Shown here piece by piece: positions 10,955 to 21,321 of a stretch of DNA of 62,841 bases. A model generated the notes under the pieces. That model had not been told where the DNA came from. It saw only the letters and a program-made list of their open reading frames with translations, and made no database searches. Origin of the DNA: an uncultured delta proteobacterium (GTDB lineage: Bacteria; Myxococcota; Myxococcia; Myxococcales; Myxococcaceae); contig CAWCKH010000007.1 in the NCBI GenBank assembly GCA_963796055.1, positions 1 through 62,841 of the forward strand. Reading direction: 5' to 3'. Each line of letters starts with the position of its first letter. Positions within the stretch are counted from its first letter, which is position 1. The translations under genes and the position numbers were made by a program.

Positions 10955-11322
10955 CCCAAGTCGCACTGCCCCGCAGTTCTTGCAGCTCGCTCACCTCGGG
11001 AGACTTCGGGCTGAAGGCGCTCCTCTGCGAGACCGCGGACGGAAGTCAAGGCGAAGTCTCCTTCCTTCCCATCGTCGGCTGGGTCACGCTCACCGAGTCC
11101 CTGGACGGCGAGCCCGCGACCGAGACCTGGAGCTGGGAGCCAGTGGTGGTTTTTGAGCACGAACTGCGACTCGCCCGGACCGTGCCTCGCTACCGGGGAA
11201 CGGTGGCCAAGGATGTCATCGGAAAGGTCGCACTCGGCCTGGTTAAGTCCCGCTTCACCGTTGCGCGAGATCAGCGGCGGTCGCACAGCCCGATCTGGAA
11301 CAGCTACCTCGACTCGCGCTGA
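10951..11322 (+). CDS. Hypothetical protein
   Basis: Protein-like composition (FLPIVGWVTL, WEPVVVFE); GTGA coupling to the previous ORF. Confidence 0.45.
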   Translation: MTQVALPRSSCSSLTSGDFGLKALLCETADGSQGEVSFLPIVGWVTLTESLDGEPATETWSWEPVVVFEHELRLARTVPRYRGTVAKDVIGKVALGLVKSRFTVARDQRRSHSPIWNSYLDSR

Positions 11323-11477
11323 CTCCGGGTCGGCGAGCATCCCGGCAGAGCGTGGAGTCTCAAACCCACCTGCCCGCGGATGGCTCTCCATCCCCCTGCC
11401 CGAAACACTCGGTTGATCTTCCTTGGACTCTTCGCGGTGCGGGCGTGCTTGACTGAGCCCGTCCTCGGGAGGACCGA

Positions 11478-12428
11478 ATGAAGAAGACATCCTTGCTCGC
11501 CCTCGCCCTCGTCTTCGCCGCTCCGGCCGCGCTCGCCCAGACCCGCCTCTCCATCGTCACCGGAGGCACCGGCGGCGTCTACTACCCCCTGGGCGGCGGC
11601 CTCGCCAACGTGCTCACCAAGTCGCTCAACGGCGTCGAGGCCACCGCCGAGGTGACGAGCGCCTCGGTGGACAACGTGAAGCTCGTGGGTAGCGGCCGGG
11701 CCGACATCGCCTTCGTCCTGGGCGACACCGCCGCCGACGGCTACAACGGCGTCGACAAGTTCAAGCAGAAGGAGCCCATCCGCGCCATCGCCGTGCTCTA
11801 CGCCAACAAGGGCCAGTGGGTCACCGTCGAGGGCACCGGCATCGAGAAGATGCAGGACCTGAAGGGCCGGCGCATCGCCACCGGCGCGCCGGGCAGCGGC
11901 ACGGAGGTCATCGCTGTCCGCATCCTCGAGGCGTACGGCATCGACCCGGCGAAGGACGTGAAGCGCGAGAAGCTGTCGGTGGCGGAGTCGGTGAATGCCA
12001 TCAAGGACCGCAAGATCGACGCCTTCTTCTGGTCGGGCGGGGTGCCCACCGCGGCCCTCACCGACCTGGCCGCCACCCCGGGGCAAAAGATGAAGCTCAT
12101 TGACCACGCCGACGCCATCCCGGCGCTGGTGAAGAAGTACGGTCCGCTGTACGTGAAGGGCTCCATTCCCGCGAAGTCCTATCCAGGCCAGGAGAAGCCG
12201 GCCACCACGGTGGACGTCTGGAATCTCCTCATCGTGAACGCCAAGATGGACGAGAAGCTCGTGCACGACGTGGTGAAGGCCACGTTCGAGCACAAGGCCG
12301 ATCTGCAGGCCGTCCACTCCGAGGCGGCGAACCTGGATCTGGCGAGGCAGTACGAGGTGGGCTCGCCCATCCCCTGGCATCCGGGCGCGCAGCGGTACTT
12401 CGAGGAGAAGGGGGTCAAGCCCAAGTAG
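11478..12428 (+). CDS. TAXI-family TRAP transporter solute-binding subunit
   Basis: Signal peptide; TGGTGGVYYPLG, GAPGSGTE, IDAFFWSGGVP, PWHPGA. Confidence 0.95.
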   Translation: MKKTSLLALALVFAAPAALAQTRLSIVTGGTGGVYYPLGGGLANVLTKSLNGVEATAEVTSASVDNVKLVGSGRADIAFVLGDTAADGYNGVDKFKQKEPIRAIAVLYANKGQWVTVEGTGIEKMQDLKGRRIATGAPGSGTEVIAVRILEAYGIDPAKDVKREKLSVAESVNAIKDRKIDAFFWSGGVPTAALTDLAATPGQKMKLIDHADAIPALVKKYGPLYVKGSIPAKSYPGQEKPATTVDVWNLLIVNAKMDEKLVHDVVKATFEHKADLQAVHSEAANLDLARQYEVGSPIPWHPGAQRYFEEKGVKPK

Positions 12429-12431
12429 CCC

Positions 12432-12896
12432 ATGTCGCCGCGGAGCCGCACGCTCGCGCTCGTCGCCCTCCTCGTCGCGGCGGCGAGCCTCGTCTCGGCG
12501 GCGCGGACCCACACGACGCGCGGGGCGGAGCACGAGCTCCTCCTCGAGAACCCCGAGCGCGGCACGGTCCTCCGTGTTCGGCTCCGGCCGGGCGAGGTCT
12601 TCTCCGTCGTGTACACCCACTCCATCTACGACCAGCCGGTCACGGAGGACTTCGTGCTCGACGAGGAAGGGCGCATCGTGCTCCGGGCGGTGACGAGCCC
12701 GAGCGCGGCCGTGCGAGAGTACTTCGGCATCACCTCCGCGGGAGAGCGGCACCCGATCGCGCGCACCATGACCGAGATCGTCTTCCGCATCGCCACCGGG
12801 ACGGCGCAGCGCCTCCGCGCCGGCGGCGTGGAGCGCTCGTTCCTCGAGCTCGGCGAGCACGGTGACCGCCTCGTCCTGCGGGCCCATCCGCCATGA
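12432..12896 (+). CDS. DUF1850-type TAXI accessory protein
   Basis: FSVVYTHSIYDQPVTEDF motif; lies between binding protein and permease. Confidence 0.8.
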   Translation: MSPRSRTLALVALLVAAASLVSAARTHTTRGAEHELLLENPERGTVLRVRLRPGEVFSVVYTHSIYDQPVTEDFVLDEEGRIVLRAVTSPSAAVREYFGITSAGERHPIARTMTEIVFRIATGTAQRLRAGGVERSFLELGEHGDRLVLRAHPP

Positions 12897-14893
12897 CCAC
12901 CTCGACCTCCGGCGAGCCCGTCCCTCAGGACGTCGTCGTCGGCGAGGAGGCCAAGAAGAAGGCCGAGGAGTTCGTGGAGCAGGAGGAGGGCGCGGTCCGC
13001 CGCTTCACCGGCAGGACCGAGGTCCTCGTGGCGGTGGTGGCGATCGCTATGTCGCTCTACCACCTGTACGCCGCCTACGCGATCATCCCCGCCCACATCC
13101 TGCGCGCCACCCACCTCGGGTTCGTGCTCTTCCTCCTCTACCTGCTCTTCCCCGCCCTGCGCTCGCAGCGGGATCGCATCCGCTGGCACGACGTGGTGCT
13201 GGCGCTGCTCGGCGTCGCCACCATCGCTTATCTCTTGTCCGACTTCGACCAGTTCATCGAGCGGGCGGTCGAGCCCACCCGGCTCGACCTCGTCTTCGGC
13301 GTGATCCTCATCCTGCTCGTGCTGGAGGGCGTGCGCCGCACCTCGGGGCTCATTCTGGCCGGGGTGGTGACGGCCTTCATCGTCTACGCCTTCGCCGGCC
13401 CGTGGATCCCCGCGCCGTTCACGCACCGTGGATACGACGTGGAGCGCCTCGTGGGGCAGCTCTACATGACGCTGGAGGGAATCTTCGGCACGGCCCTCGA
13501 CGTGTCGGCCACGTTCATCATCCTCTTCACCATCTACGGCGCGGTCCTCGCCTACTCCGGCGCGGGCGAGTTCTTCATCGACTTCTCGCTCGCGGTGACG
13601 GGCGGCAAGCGCGCCGCCGCCGGCCGGACCATCGTGCTCTCCTCGTTCCTGCTGGGCGGCCCCTCCGGCAGCGGCGTCGCCACCACCGTCACCATCGGCT
13701 CGGTGGCCTGGCCCATGCTGGCCAAGGCAGGCTATCCCCGGAACGCCGCGGGCGGCCTGCTCGCCGCGGGGGGCCTGGGCGCCATCATCTCGCCCCCGGT
13801 GCTGGGCGCGGCCGCCTTCCTCATCGCCGAGTTCCTGAAGATCTCGTACCTCGACGTGATCTTCATGGCCACCATCCCCACCTTCCTCTACTACCTGGGC
13901 CTCTTCCTCATGGTGGAGCTCGACGCGCGCCGGCTCGGCGTCAAGGACGTCGACCTCAGGCCGAAGCAGGGCCTGTGGCCGATGATCAAGCAGCGCGGGT
14001 TTCACTTCACCTCGCTCGTCGCCATCGTCGCCTTCATGCTCTGGGGCTTCAGCCCTGTCATCGCCGTGTTCTGGGCCATCCTCCTCGCCGCCGCGCTCTC
14101 CTTCCTGCGCAAGGAGACGGCCCTCCGCTTCTGGCCGAGTGACGTCCCACTTCACAAGACGCGCATGGCCACGGCGCTCCAGGCAGGCTCGGTCGGCGTG
14201 CTGGCGGTGGCGGCCACCTGCGCCGCGGCCGGCATCATCGTCGGGGTCGTGACGCTCACCGGCCTGGGGCTCAAGTTCAGCGCCATCGTCATCCAGTTCG
14301 CGCACGGCAACCTGCTCCTCACCGCCATCTTCACGTCCCTCGTGGTCTGGGTGGTGGGCCTCGCCGTGCCGGTGACGGCGAGCTACATCATCTGCGCGGT
14401 GATCGCGGCGCCGGCGCTCACGAAGCTGGGTGTCCCCGACTTCGCCGCGCACATGTTCATCTTCTACTACGCGGTGCTCTCCGAGGTGTCGCCACCCACC
14501 GCGCTCTCGCCCTTCGCGGCGGCCGCGATCACCGGAGGCGATCCCTACAAGACGACCTTGCAGGCCTGGAAGTACACCCTGCCCGCCTTCCTCGTGCCCT
14601 TCTGCTTCGTGCTCGATCCCTCCGGCGTGGGCCTCCTCCTCAAGGGCAACTGGCTCGACATCGCCCACGTCACCGTCACCGCGGCCATCGGCATCGCCGC
14701 GCTCGCCTGCGGCGTGCAGGGGTGGATGCTCGTGCGCGCGGGGCGGATCGAGCGCGTCCTGTTCATCCTGGCGGGGGTCCTGCTCGTCTACCCCACGCCC
14801 GCGGCGGACCTCGCCGGCATCGTCCTCGTCCTCGTGGCGGTGGCCATCCAGTGGCGGAAGCGTGCCCACCCGCCCGCTCCCACCCTGGCGTGA
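12893..14893 (+). CDS. TRAP transporter fused 4TM/12TM permease (DctQM)
   Basis: 666 aa, highly hydrophobic; EGIFG, SGSGVA, HMFIFYYAVLSEVSPP. Confidence 0.95.
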   Translation: MTTSTSGEPVPQDVVVGEEAKKKAEEFVEQEEGAVRRFTGRTEVLVAVVAIAMSLYHLYAAYAIIPAHILRATHLGFVLFLLYLLFPALRSQRDRIRWHDVVLALLGVATIAYLLSDFDQFIERAVEPTRLDLVFGVILILLVLEGVRRTSGLILAGVVTAFIVYAFAGPWIPAPFTHRGYDVERLVGQLYMTLEGIFGTALDVSATFIILFTIYGAVLAYSGAGEFFIDFSLAVTGGKRAAAGRTIVLSSFLLGGPSGSGVATTVTIGSVAWPMLAKAGYPRNAAGGLLAAGGLGAIISPPVLGAAAFLIAEFLKISYLDVIFMATIPTFLYYLGLFLMVELDARRLGVKDVDLRPKQGLWPMIKQRGFHFTSLVAIVAFMLWGFSPVIAVFWAILLAAALSFLRKETALRFWPSDVPLHKTRMATALQAGSVGVLAVAATCAAAGIIVGVVTLTGLGLKFSAIVIQFAHGNLLLTAIFTSLVVWVVGLAVPVTASYIICAVIAAPALTKLGVPDFAAHMFIFYYAVLSEVSPPTALSPFAAAAITGGDPYKTTLQAWKYTLPAFLVPFCFVLDPSGVGLLLKGNWLDIAHVTVTAAIGIAALACGVQGWMLVRAGRIERVLFILAGVLLVYPTPAADLAGIVLVLVAVAIQWRKRAHPPAPTLA

Positions 14894-14908
14894 GGGCGAG
14901 CGGCTCGC

Positions 14909-15856
14909 TCAGCCCCGCAGCTCGGGCAGGGCGAGCTTCAGGGCCGCGAGGTCCGCGAGCAGCGCGTCGCGCTGCTCGGGTGCGAGGTCCACGAGGGGCG
15001 GACGGACGGGGAGCCATCCCGGGTCCGCGGCGTAGTGGGACACCACGGCCTTGAGGCCCGGGATGAGGGGCACCTTCTCCACCGCGCCGCGCACAACATC
15101 CAGCTCGGCCTGCAGCCGCTCCGCCTCCGGCGACCTCCACTCCCGGTAGAGGCGATCCATGGCGCCGGCGTTCACGTTGGCCGTGGCCGAGATGCACCCG
15201 GCGCCTCCCTCCCGCATGCCGGCGAGGAGGAAGCGCTCGCTCCCCACGAAGACGTCGAAGCCGGCCCCGGCGAAGGCGTCGAGCATGGTCTTCGTGTTGC
15301 CGAAGTCGCCCGAGCTGTCCTTCATGCCCGCCACGACGCGCGGGTGGGCGCGGAGGAGGCGCTCGACGAGCTTCGCGGAGAAGCCCACCTGCGCCATCGG
15401 CGGGAAGTGGTAGAGGTACAGCTTCAGTCGAGCGTCGCCCACCCGTTCGATCACCTCGGCGAAAAAGCGGAAGAGCCCGTCCTCGGCCACGCCCTTGTAA
15501 TAGAAGGGCGGGAGCATGAGGACTCCGGCGCAGCCGCGGCGCACGGCCTGCGCCGTGAGCCGCACGGCGTCGGTGAGCGAGCAGGCCCCCGTGCCGGGGA
15601 GGAGGCGATCCGCCGGGACGCCGTCCTCCAGGATGGCGTCGAGCAGGCTCTCGCGCTCGTCCACCGAGAGCGAATTCGCCTCGCTGGTCGTGCCGAAGGG
15701 CGCCAGTGCCGTGCACCCGTGCGCGAGGAGCCAGCGGCAATGCCGCGCCAGCCGCCGGGCGTCCGGCGAGAGGTCGGCGTGGAAGGGCGTCAACACCGGG
15801 GCGAGGACGCCGCGAAGGCGCCGCGCGGCGGTACGGCTGGTAGTCGTCTCGCTCAA
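14909..15856 (-). CDS. Dihydrodipicolinate synthase/N-acetylneuraminate lyase family protein
   Basis: VLTPF, FGTTSE, LPPFYYK, LYHFP, Schiff-base KDSSG; TTG start overlapping the upstream stop. Confidence 0.9.
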   Translation of the reverse strand: MSETTTSRTAARRLRGVLAPVLTPFHADLSPDARRLARHCRWLLAHGCTALAPFGTTSEANSLSVDERESLLDAILEDGVPADRLLPGTGACSLTDAVRLTAQAVRRGCAGVLMLPPFYYKGVAEDGLFRFFAEVIERVGDARLKLYLYHFPPMAQVGFSAKLVERLLRAHPRVVAGMKDSSGDFGNTKTMLDAFAGAGFDVFVGSERFLLAGMREGGAGCISATANVNAGAMDRLYREWRSPEAERLQAELDVVRGAVEKVPLIPGLKAVVSHYAADPGWLPVRPPLVDLAPEQRDALLADLAALKLALPELRG

Positions 15857-17064
15857 ATGACTCCGTCCCTCCGCAAGGCCTCGATCTCCGCCTCCCCCAT
15901 GCCCAGGACGTCCCCCAGCACCTCGCCCGTGTGCTCGCCGAGGAGCGGCGGCGTGCCGTGGCGCACCGGCGTCCGGGAGAGGCGAATGGGCGAGGCCACC
16001 ACCGGCACCCTCCCGGCGAGCGGATGCGGCACCTCGACGCGGAGGCCGCGGGCGCGGACGTGAGGATCCTCGAACACCTGCGCGAGGTCGTTGATCGGGC
16101 CGCAGGGCACGCCCGCCTCCTCGAGCGCGCAGACCCAGTCCCGGGTGAGCCGGTCGGCGAGGAGCGCCTGGAGGATGGGGACGAGCGCCGCGCGGTTCTC
16201 GACGCGCGCAGCGTTGGTGGCGAAGCGTGGGTCGACCGCGAGCTCGGGCCGCCCCACCACCTCGCACAGGCGCGCGAACTGGCCGTCGTTCCCCACCGCC
16301 ACGACCAGGTGCCCGTCCCGCGTGGCGAAGGCCTGGTACGGCACGATGCTGGCGTGCGCGTTCCCGAGGCGGGGAGGCACGCGCCCGGTGACGAGGTAGC
16401 TCTCGGCCAGGTTCGCGAGCGTCGCCACCTGGACGTCGAGGAGCGCGAGGTCCACGCGCTGCCCCTCGCCGCTCCGCTCGCGGTGGGCCAGCGCCGCCAG
16501 CACCGCCGTCGCCGCGTACATGCCGGTGAGGACGTCCGTCATGGCCACACCAGCCTTCATGGGCTCGCCGTCCGGCTCGCCCGTCACGCTCATCAGGCCG
16601 CCCACGGCCTGCACCACGAAGTCGTAGCCGGGCCGATCCTTGTACGGGCCCGACTGCCCGAAGCCTGTGATGGAGCAGTACACGAGCCGCGGGTTCAGCG
16701 CAGAGAGGTCCTCCCATCCGAGCCCGAGGCGCGAGAGCGAGCCGACCTTGAAGTTCTCGAGGAGCACGTCCGACCGCTCGGCCAGGCGGCGGACGATGGC
16801 CTGGCCCTCGGGCCTGGCGAGGTCCACGGTGACGGACTTCTTGCCGCGGTTGGCGCAAGCGAAGTAGGCGGACTCGCGCGTCTCGGCGCCGTCCGGGGTG
16901 GCGAGCCAGGGAGGGCCCCAGCCCCGGGACTCATCCCCCGCCCCGGGCCGCTCGATCTTCACCACCTCGGCGCCGAGGTCGGCGAGGAGCTGGCTCGCCC
17001 AGGGCCCGGCGAGGACCCTGGAGAGGTCGAGGACGCGAACATGGGCGAGCGCGCCGCTTCGCAT
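15853..17064 (-). CDS. CaiB/BaiF family III CoA-transferase
   Basis: RVLDLSRVLAGPWASQLLADLGAEVVKIE, NRGKKS, SITGFGQSGP, GYD. Confidence 0.95.
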   Translation of the reverse strand: MRSGALAHVRVLDLSRVLAGPWASQLLADLGAEVVKIERPGAGDESRGWGPPWLATPDGAETRESAYFACANRGKKSVTVDLARPEGQAIVRRLAERSDVLLENFKVGSLSRLGLGWEDLSALNPRLVYCSITGFGQSGPYKDRPGYDFVVQAVGGLMSVTGEPDGEPMKAGVAMTDVLTGMYAATAVLAALAHRERSGEGQRVDLALLDVQVATLANLAESYLVTGRVPPRLGNAHASIVPYQAFATRDGHLVVAVGNDGQFARLCEVVGRPELAVDPRFATNAARVENRAALVPILQALLADRLTRDWVCALEEAGVPCGPINDLAQVFEDPHVRARGLRVEVPHPLAGRVPVVASPIRLSRTPVRHGTPPLLGEHTGEVLGDVLGMGEAEIEALRRDGVI

Positions 17065-17176
17065 CCTGCGATCATACCGGCGAGCGGGGGCGGGAGGGCC
17101 TCGTCACCCAGCGAGAACGGACGGACCGTGTAAGGTCACTCGGTTCGGGTACCCCTGGTGAGTCCTCGGGGCGCAC

Positions 17177-18547
17177 TCAATCACGCCGGATCGCGCGTCG
17201 CGGCGTGCCGCGGGCACGGAACGCCAGCAGCGCGAGCAGCAGCCCCGCCCACGGTTCAGAACCGGGGCCTCCGGCCGAGCATCCCGACCCGCTTCCCTGA
17301 GGGGTGCTGGAGCTGCTGCTGCTGGTGAGCGGGAAACAGCTGTTTTGCACACAGACCGCATTGGCAGGACAACCCAGGAGAGCGCTCTTCCCGGTGCAGT
17401 AGTCCTCCATGCACCGACCGTCCACGCAGACGTCGTTCCTTCCGGGGCACTCGGAATTGCAGGGTGCTGGGGTGACGCAAGAGCCGTCCTCGCATCGATC
17501 CCCGGCGTCGCACGCCTGGGTGCAGACCGCCTGGCACGCTCCCTCCAGACAGACCTGCCCCGCTCCGCATTGCATCGTGGCGCAGGGGTCGGTCACGCAT
17601 TGCGGACCCGCGTCGAGATCCAGCGTGCGGCAGGCCTCCCCCACTGGGCACCCTTGCCCGTAGCAGGTGTCGTCGCAGTACACCCGGCCCACCTCGCCAG
17701 CGAAGTAGGAGATGATCTCCTGGAGCGCACCGTCCAGCTCCGCCGAGGAGTTGGCCGAGTAGTAACAGTGCCGCCCGGCATCGGGCTGGCAACCAGGCCG
17801 CGCCGTCCCACCGGCGTCGGCCATCTGGTCCAGGTTGACCTCGAACTGCTTGGGTACCGGGAAGGACAGGACGAAGGTCCGCACCCCGGCATCCACGCGG
17901 GCCGCAGTCAGCGCGGCCAGCGCGTGCGCCTGCGATTGCGCACGCGTTGCTCCGTTTCCACAGTCCTCGTTCGGCTCTCCGTCGGTGACCAGGAGCAGGT
18001 ATCTGTGCCGGGACAGGTCCTGGACATCCCTGCGCTGCAGAGCCCGCTCGATCGCCGCGCCGGTCGGCGTCGTCCCTGCCGGATGCGCGTAGAGGTCGAG
18101 CGAGCTCCCGATGCTGGCGTAGGTCCGGTAGTCGGAGAGCACCGCTTCGCATCCAGCCTGCGGATAGAAACAGGTCGGCGAGGAGACCCGGCAGCCGCCG
18201 AGACCTCCGCCGTTCAAGCCGAACAGCTCGAGGCCGAATCGCACCGCCTCACCATGGGACTGGGTCACCTGCTTCACCGCTGCCTTGGCTGCCTCGTATC
18301 GGGTGAAGCTGCCCCCGTCGGGAAGCTTGGTGCCGCCGTCGGCAGTCAAGGTCGAGGTGCTCATGCTCTCCGAGCTGTCGAAGACCACGACGAAGTTGGG
18401 GCACCTGGGCACCCCCTCTTGCGCGGCTGGAGCGGTGGCCAGTCCCAGCAGAAGCAGGCTGACGCAGCGGGTGGGCACCCGTGCCCGCGGGACGGCCCAT
18501 GCTCCGAGTGCTTCGGTTGTCGGACGCCCTGGGCGTTTTTCAGCCAA
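17177..18547 (-). CDS. VWA-domain cell-surface protein with Cys-rich repeats and MYXO-CTERM-like tail
   Basis: MIDAS DSSES..TPTG..VTDG; Cys-rich repeats; Ser linker, GSGC, hydrophobic helix, Arg-rich end. Confidence 0.85.
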   Translation of the reverse strand: MAEKRPGRPTTEALGAWAVPRARVPTRCVSLLLLGLATAPAAQEGVPRCPNFVVVFDSSESMSTSTLTADGGTKLPDGGSFTRYEAAKAAVKQVTQSHGEAVRFGLELFGLNGGGLGGCRVSSPTCFYPQAGCEAVLSDYRTYASIGSSLDLYAHPAGTTPTGAAIERALQRRDVQDLSRHRYLLLVTDGEPNEDCGNGATRAQSQAHALAALTAARVDAGVRTFVLSFPVPKQFEVNLDQMADAGGTARPGCQPDAGRHCYYSANSSAELDGALQEIISYFAGEVGRVYCDDTCYGQGCPVGEACRTLDLDAGPQCVTDPCATMQCGAGQVCLEGACQAVCTQACDAGDRCEDGSCVTPAPCNSECPGRNDVCVDGRCMEDYCTGKSALLGCPANAVCVQNSCFPLTSSSSSSTPQGSGSGCSAGGPGSEPWAGLLLALLAFRARGTPRRAIRRD

Positions 18548-19080
18548 GACCGTTCCCCCGGCTGGTTCTTATCACCCCGGCGTGCAAACTGAGACGACGA
18601 CATCTCCGGGGTCAGTTCTCGACTTGACGACAACGTGAGCTGTCGGGTCAGCCGAAGCAAACAGGGCCCCCCGGGTCTCTCTCTTCAACGTGCTGCTGAC
18701 CTTCTGCCGGCCGATCGCCGCCTCGCCGGTCGCCGGCGATTCCATCGCTCCGGGCTCCTCTTCAGCGTTTCCGGATCCATCCGTCGCCACTTCCAAGCCG
18801 ATGGAGGCGGCGATCAGAGACTTCTGCCCGCCCCGAGGCTGGTGTGGCCGTTGCAGAGCTCCGGTACAATGGATGATCCACGACTTCAGGCCGCGATCCA
18901 GCAGGCCAGTGACGCGATCCGCGATGCGCTGAGGCCATCACCGAGCTGAGCACCGGCTCGCCACGGCGACTCCGCACGCCGCCGGACCACGTGACCCCGT
19001 GGTTCGGCGGCGCCTCATTTCGCGCCAGGCGGAGTGGCCTGGGCCGCGTGGCTTGGGCGATAGTGGGGGCTGGTTCCAGC

Positions 19081-20286
19081 ATGAGACCCGAGCTTGCTCT
19101 CCGAGCCTCCGCTGTCGTCGGCGCCAGCCGGCTCGCGTTTGATGCCGTCCTGGGGCTCACCGATGTGGTCGAGTCGATGCACGGCACGATCGCCCGCCGC
19201 CCGTTTCCGGTGGGCAGGATCGCCGACACGCGCACCCGCGGGATCACCCGACTGGTCTATCAGAGCATCCGATTGATCACCCGGCTCCTGGGGGCGGGTC
19301 TCGAGACCGCGCAATTCCTGTTCACGCCGCCAGCCGGCGGGCCCTCCTCGCCGCGACGACGCGAGAGGCTGCTCTCCATCCTCAATGGCGTGGTGGGCGA
19401 TCATCTGGCGGAGACGGACAATCCGCTCGCCATTCCGATGCGGCTCCGGCGGGAGGGGGACCCGCCGGAGCGCGATCGGGACCTGCTGGCCGCGCCGCTG
19501 AAACGACCACGGGGACGGGTCGTGGTTCTCGTCCACGGCCTGTGCATGAACGACCTCCAGTGGAAGCGGCGCGGCCACGACCACGGCAGGGCCCTGGAGC
19601 GCGAGCTCGGCTTCGCTCCGGTTTACCTCCACTACAACACCGGCCGGCATGTCTCGCTGAACGGTCGTGACCTCGCCCAAGCGCTGGAGGCGATGGTCGC
19701 AGCATCGCGAGTCCCGGTGGAGGAATTGGCGCTCCTCGGCCACAGCATGGGCGGGCTGGTCATCCGGAGCGCATGTCACCAGGGGCGCCTCGCCGGCCAT
19801 CGCTGGGCCGAGAGACTGTCCAAGCTGATCTTCCTCGGCACTCCACACCACGGGGCGCCGCTGGAGCGGGTCGGCAACCTCCTCGATCGACTCCTCGAGG
19901 TGAGTCCCTATGCCGCACCGCTGACTCGCATCGGTGGGAACCGGGCGGCCGGGATCACCGACCTGCGCTACGGGAACGTTCTCGACGAGGACTGGGCCAA
20001 CCGCCACCGCCGCTACCGGATGGATCCCCGCACTCCGGTGCCGTTGCCCGAAGGCGTGGGATGCTACGCCATCGCCGCCAGCCGTGGGCGCAAGAGCGGT
20101 GACGCCCTTGACGCTCTTCTCGGCGATGGCCTCGTTCCGGTGAATAGCGCGCTGGGCATCCACCCCGAGCCGCGCTTCAGGCTCGCCTTTCCACCCGCGC
20201 ATCAGCGCGTGTTCTTCCAGACAGACCACTTCGACCTCCTGGACTCGCCGGCGGTCTATACGCAGCTCGCCCAGTGGCTGGCGTAA
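19081..20286 (+). CDS. Alpha/beta hydrolase (lipase/PGAP1-like)
   Basis: VHGLCM, GHSMGG nucleophile elbow, LGTPHHGAPLE, GDGLVPV..H. Confidence 0.9.
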   Translation: MRPELALRASAVVGASRLAFDAVLGLTDVVESMHGTIARRPFPVGRIADTRTRGITRLVYQSIRLITRLLGAGLETAQFLFTPPAGGPSSPRRRERLLSILNGVVGDHLAETDNPLAIPMRLRREGDPPERDRDLLAAPLKRPRGRVVVLVHGLCMNDLQWKRRGHDHGRALERELGFAPVYLHYNTGRHVSLNGRDLAQALEAMVAASRVPVEELALLGHSMGGLVIRSACHQGRLAGHRWAERLSKLIFLGTPHHGAPLERVGNLLDRLLEVSPYAAPLTRIGGNRAAGITDLRYGNVLDEDWANRHRRYRMDPRTPVPLPEGVGCYAIAASRGRKSGDALDALLGDGLVPVNSALGIHPEPRFRLAFPPAHQRVFFQTDHFDLLDSPAVYTQLAQWLA

Positions 20287-20693
20287 ATCTCGCCCCTCGC
20301 CGCCCACGAACGGTGGACACCATGCCCGGCCGTGGCTCATCCCCTCCAGCGGCCTGATCGGATGGCGGGTCCCAGACGCAACCCCGGGGCGTCTCGATAC
20401 ACAGGCTCGATGCCCCTTCGCCTTTGCGGACCGCGTGCCGCCTGCCAGGGCGAGGGACACCCGTCGCCTCTGAGACGGGCCGTAGCGGCGCCACGGCCAT
20501 GACGCCGTGTGGCCGCTCCGAGGCCCGCTACGTTCGTCCGGGCAGCTGGACCGGCTCGCCGCGGATGTCGGTGGGTGACCACCAGCGGCGGCGGGCACTG
20601 GACATTTCGCGGCTGATGCAGGAGTCAACGCCGAGGCGGGACATGCTCGCCCGCACCTCGGGGCGCTCGCTCTCGCCAGGAGCGAGGAAAGCC

Positions 20694-21092
20694 ATGCTGT
20701 CCCGTCATCGGTCGTTCCGGTCGGCGCTGGTCGGCGCCGCCACCCTGCTTGCGGCCCCGCTCGCGTTCGCCCAGAGCTCGGAGCCCGGAAAGCCCTGCAA
20801 GGCAGACCTGGAGAAGCTCTGCCCCGGAGTCGAGCCCGGGCACGGCCGGATCCTCGCGTGTCTCGAAGGAAAGACGGACCAGCTCTCCGCGGCCTGCAAG
20901 GACCACGTGAGCAAGAAGCTCACTGCCTTCTACAAGGCGTGCAAGCCCGACGCGGACAAGTTCTGCGCCACGGTGGAGCGGGGCGAGGGTCGGGTGATGC
21001 AGTGTCTCAAGGACAACGAGGCCTCGCTGAGCAAGGCCTGCAAGAACGTCTGGGAGGGGGCCAAGGGCAAGAAGAAGGCCGCGGCGAAGTGA
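20694..21092 (+). CDS. Secreted cysteine-rich repeat protein
   Basis: Signal peptide; two C-x2-D-x3-C..G.GR...CL...LS.AC repeats. Confidence 0.85.
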   Translation: MLSRHRSFRSALVGAATLLAAPLAFAQSSEPGKPCKADLEKLCPGVEPGHGRILACLEGKTDQLSAACKDHVSKKLTAFYKACKPDADKFCATVERGEGRVMQCLKDNEASLSKACKNVWEGAKGKKKAAAK

Positions 21093-21321
21093 GCGAGTCG
21101 AGCTGACTCGCCGCGCGGGGGCAGGCCCGGCGATGCCATCGAGCCGGGCGCCGACAGGTGCGGGGCCTGCTGGGCCGGCTGGCTCCTCCACGGCGCCTTG
21201 GTCCGACGTGTGATTCCGGGCGCCCGGCGGAGTTCCCGCGCTCGGAGCTCGTGGCGACCAGGCGGGCTTGGGGCTTGGTAGCATGCACATCTCCCAGGAC
21301 CCCTACCCGGTTGGTGCGAGC

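Noticed and set aside
11340..11400. Another tRNA-like fragment (GGTGGGTTTGAGACTCCAC on the minus strand)
   Set aside because: No canonical T-loop or acceptor strand; probably a chance hairpin
11304..14869. Long antisense or alternative-frame ORFs (e.g. 11304..12887, 12626..14869; also 37963..39657, 54280..56220)
   Set aside because: Shadow ORFs of high-GC3 genes with no recognisable motifs
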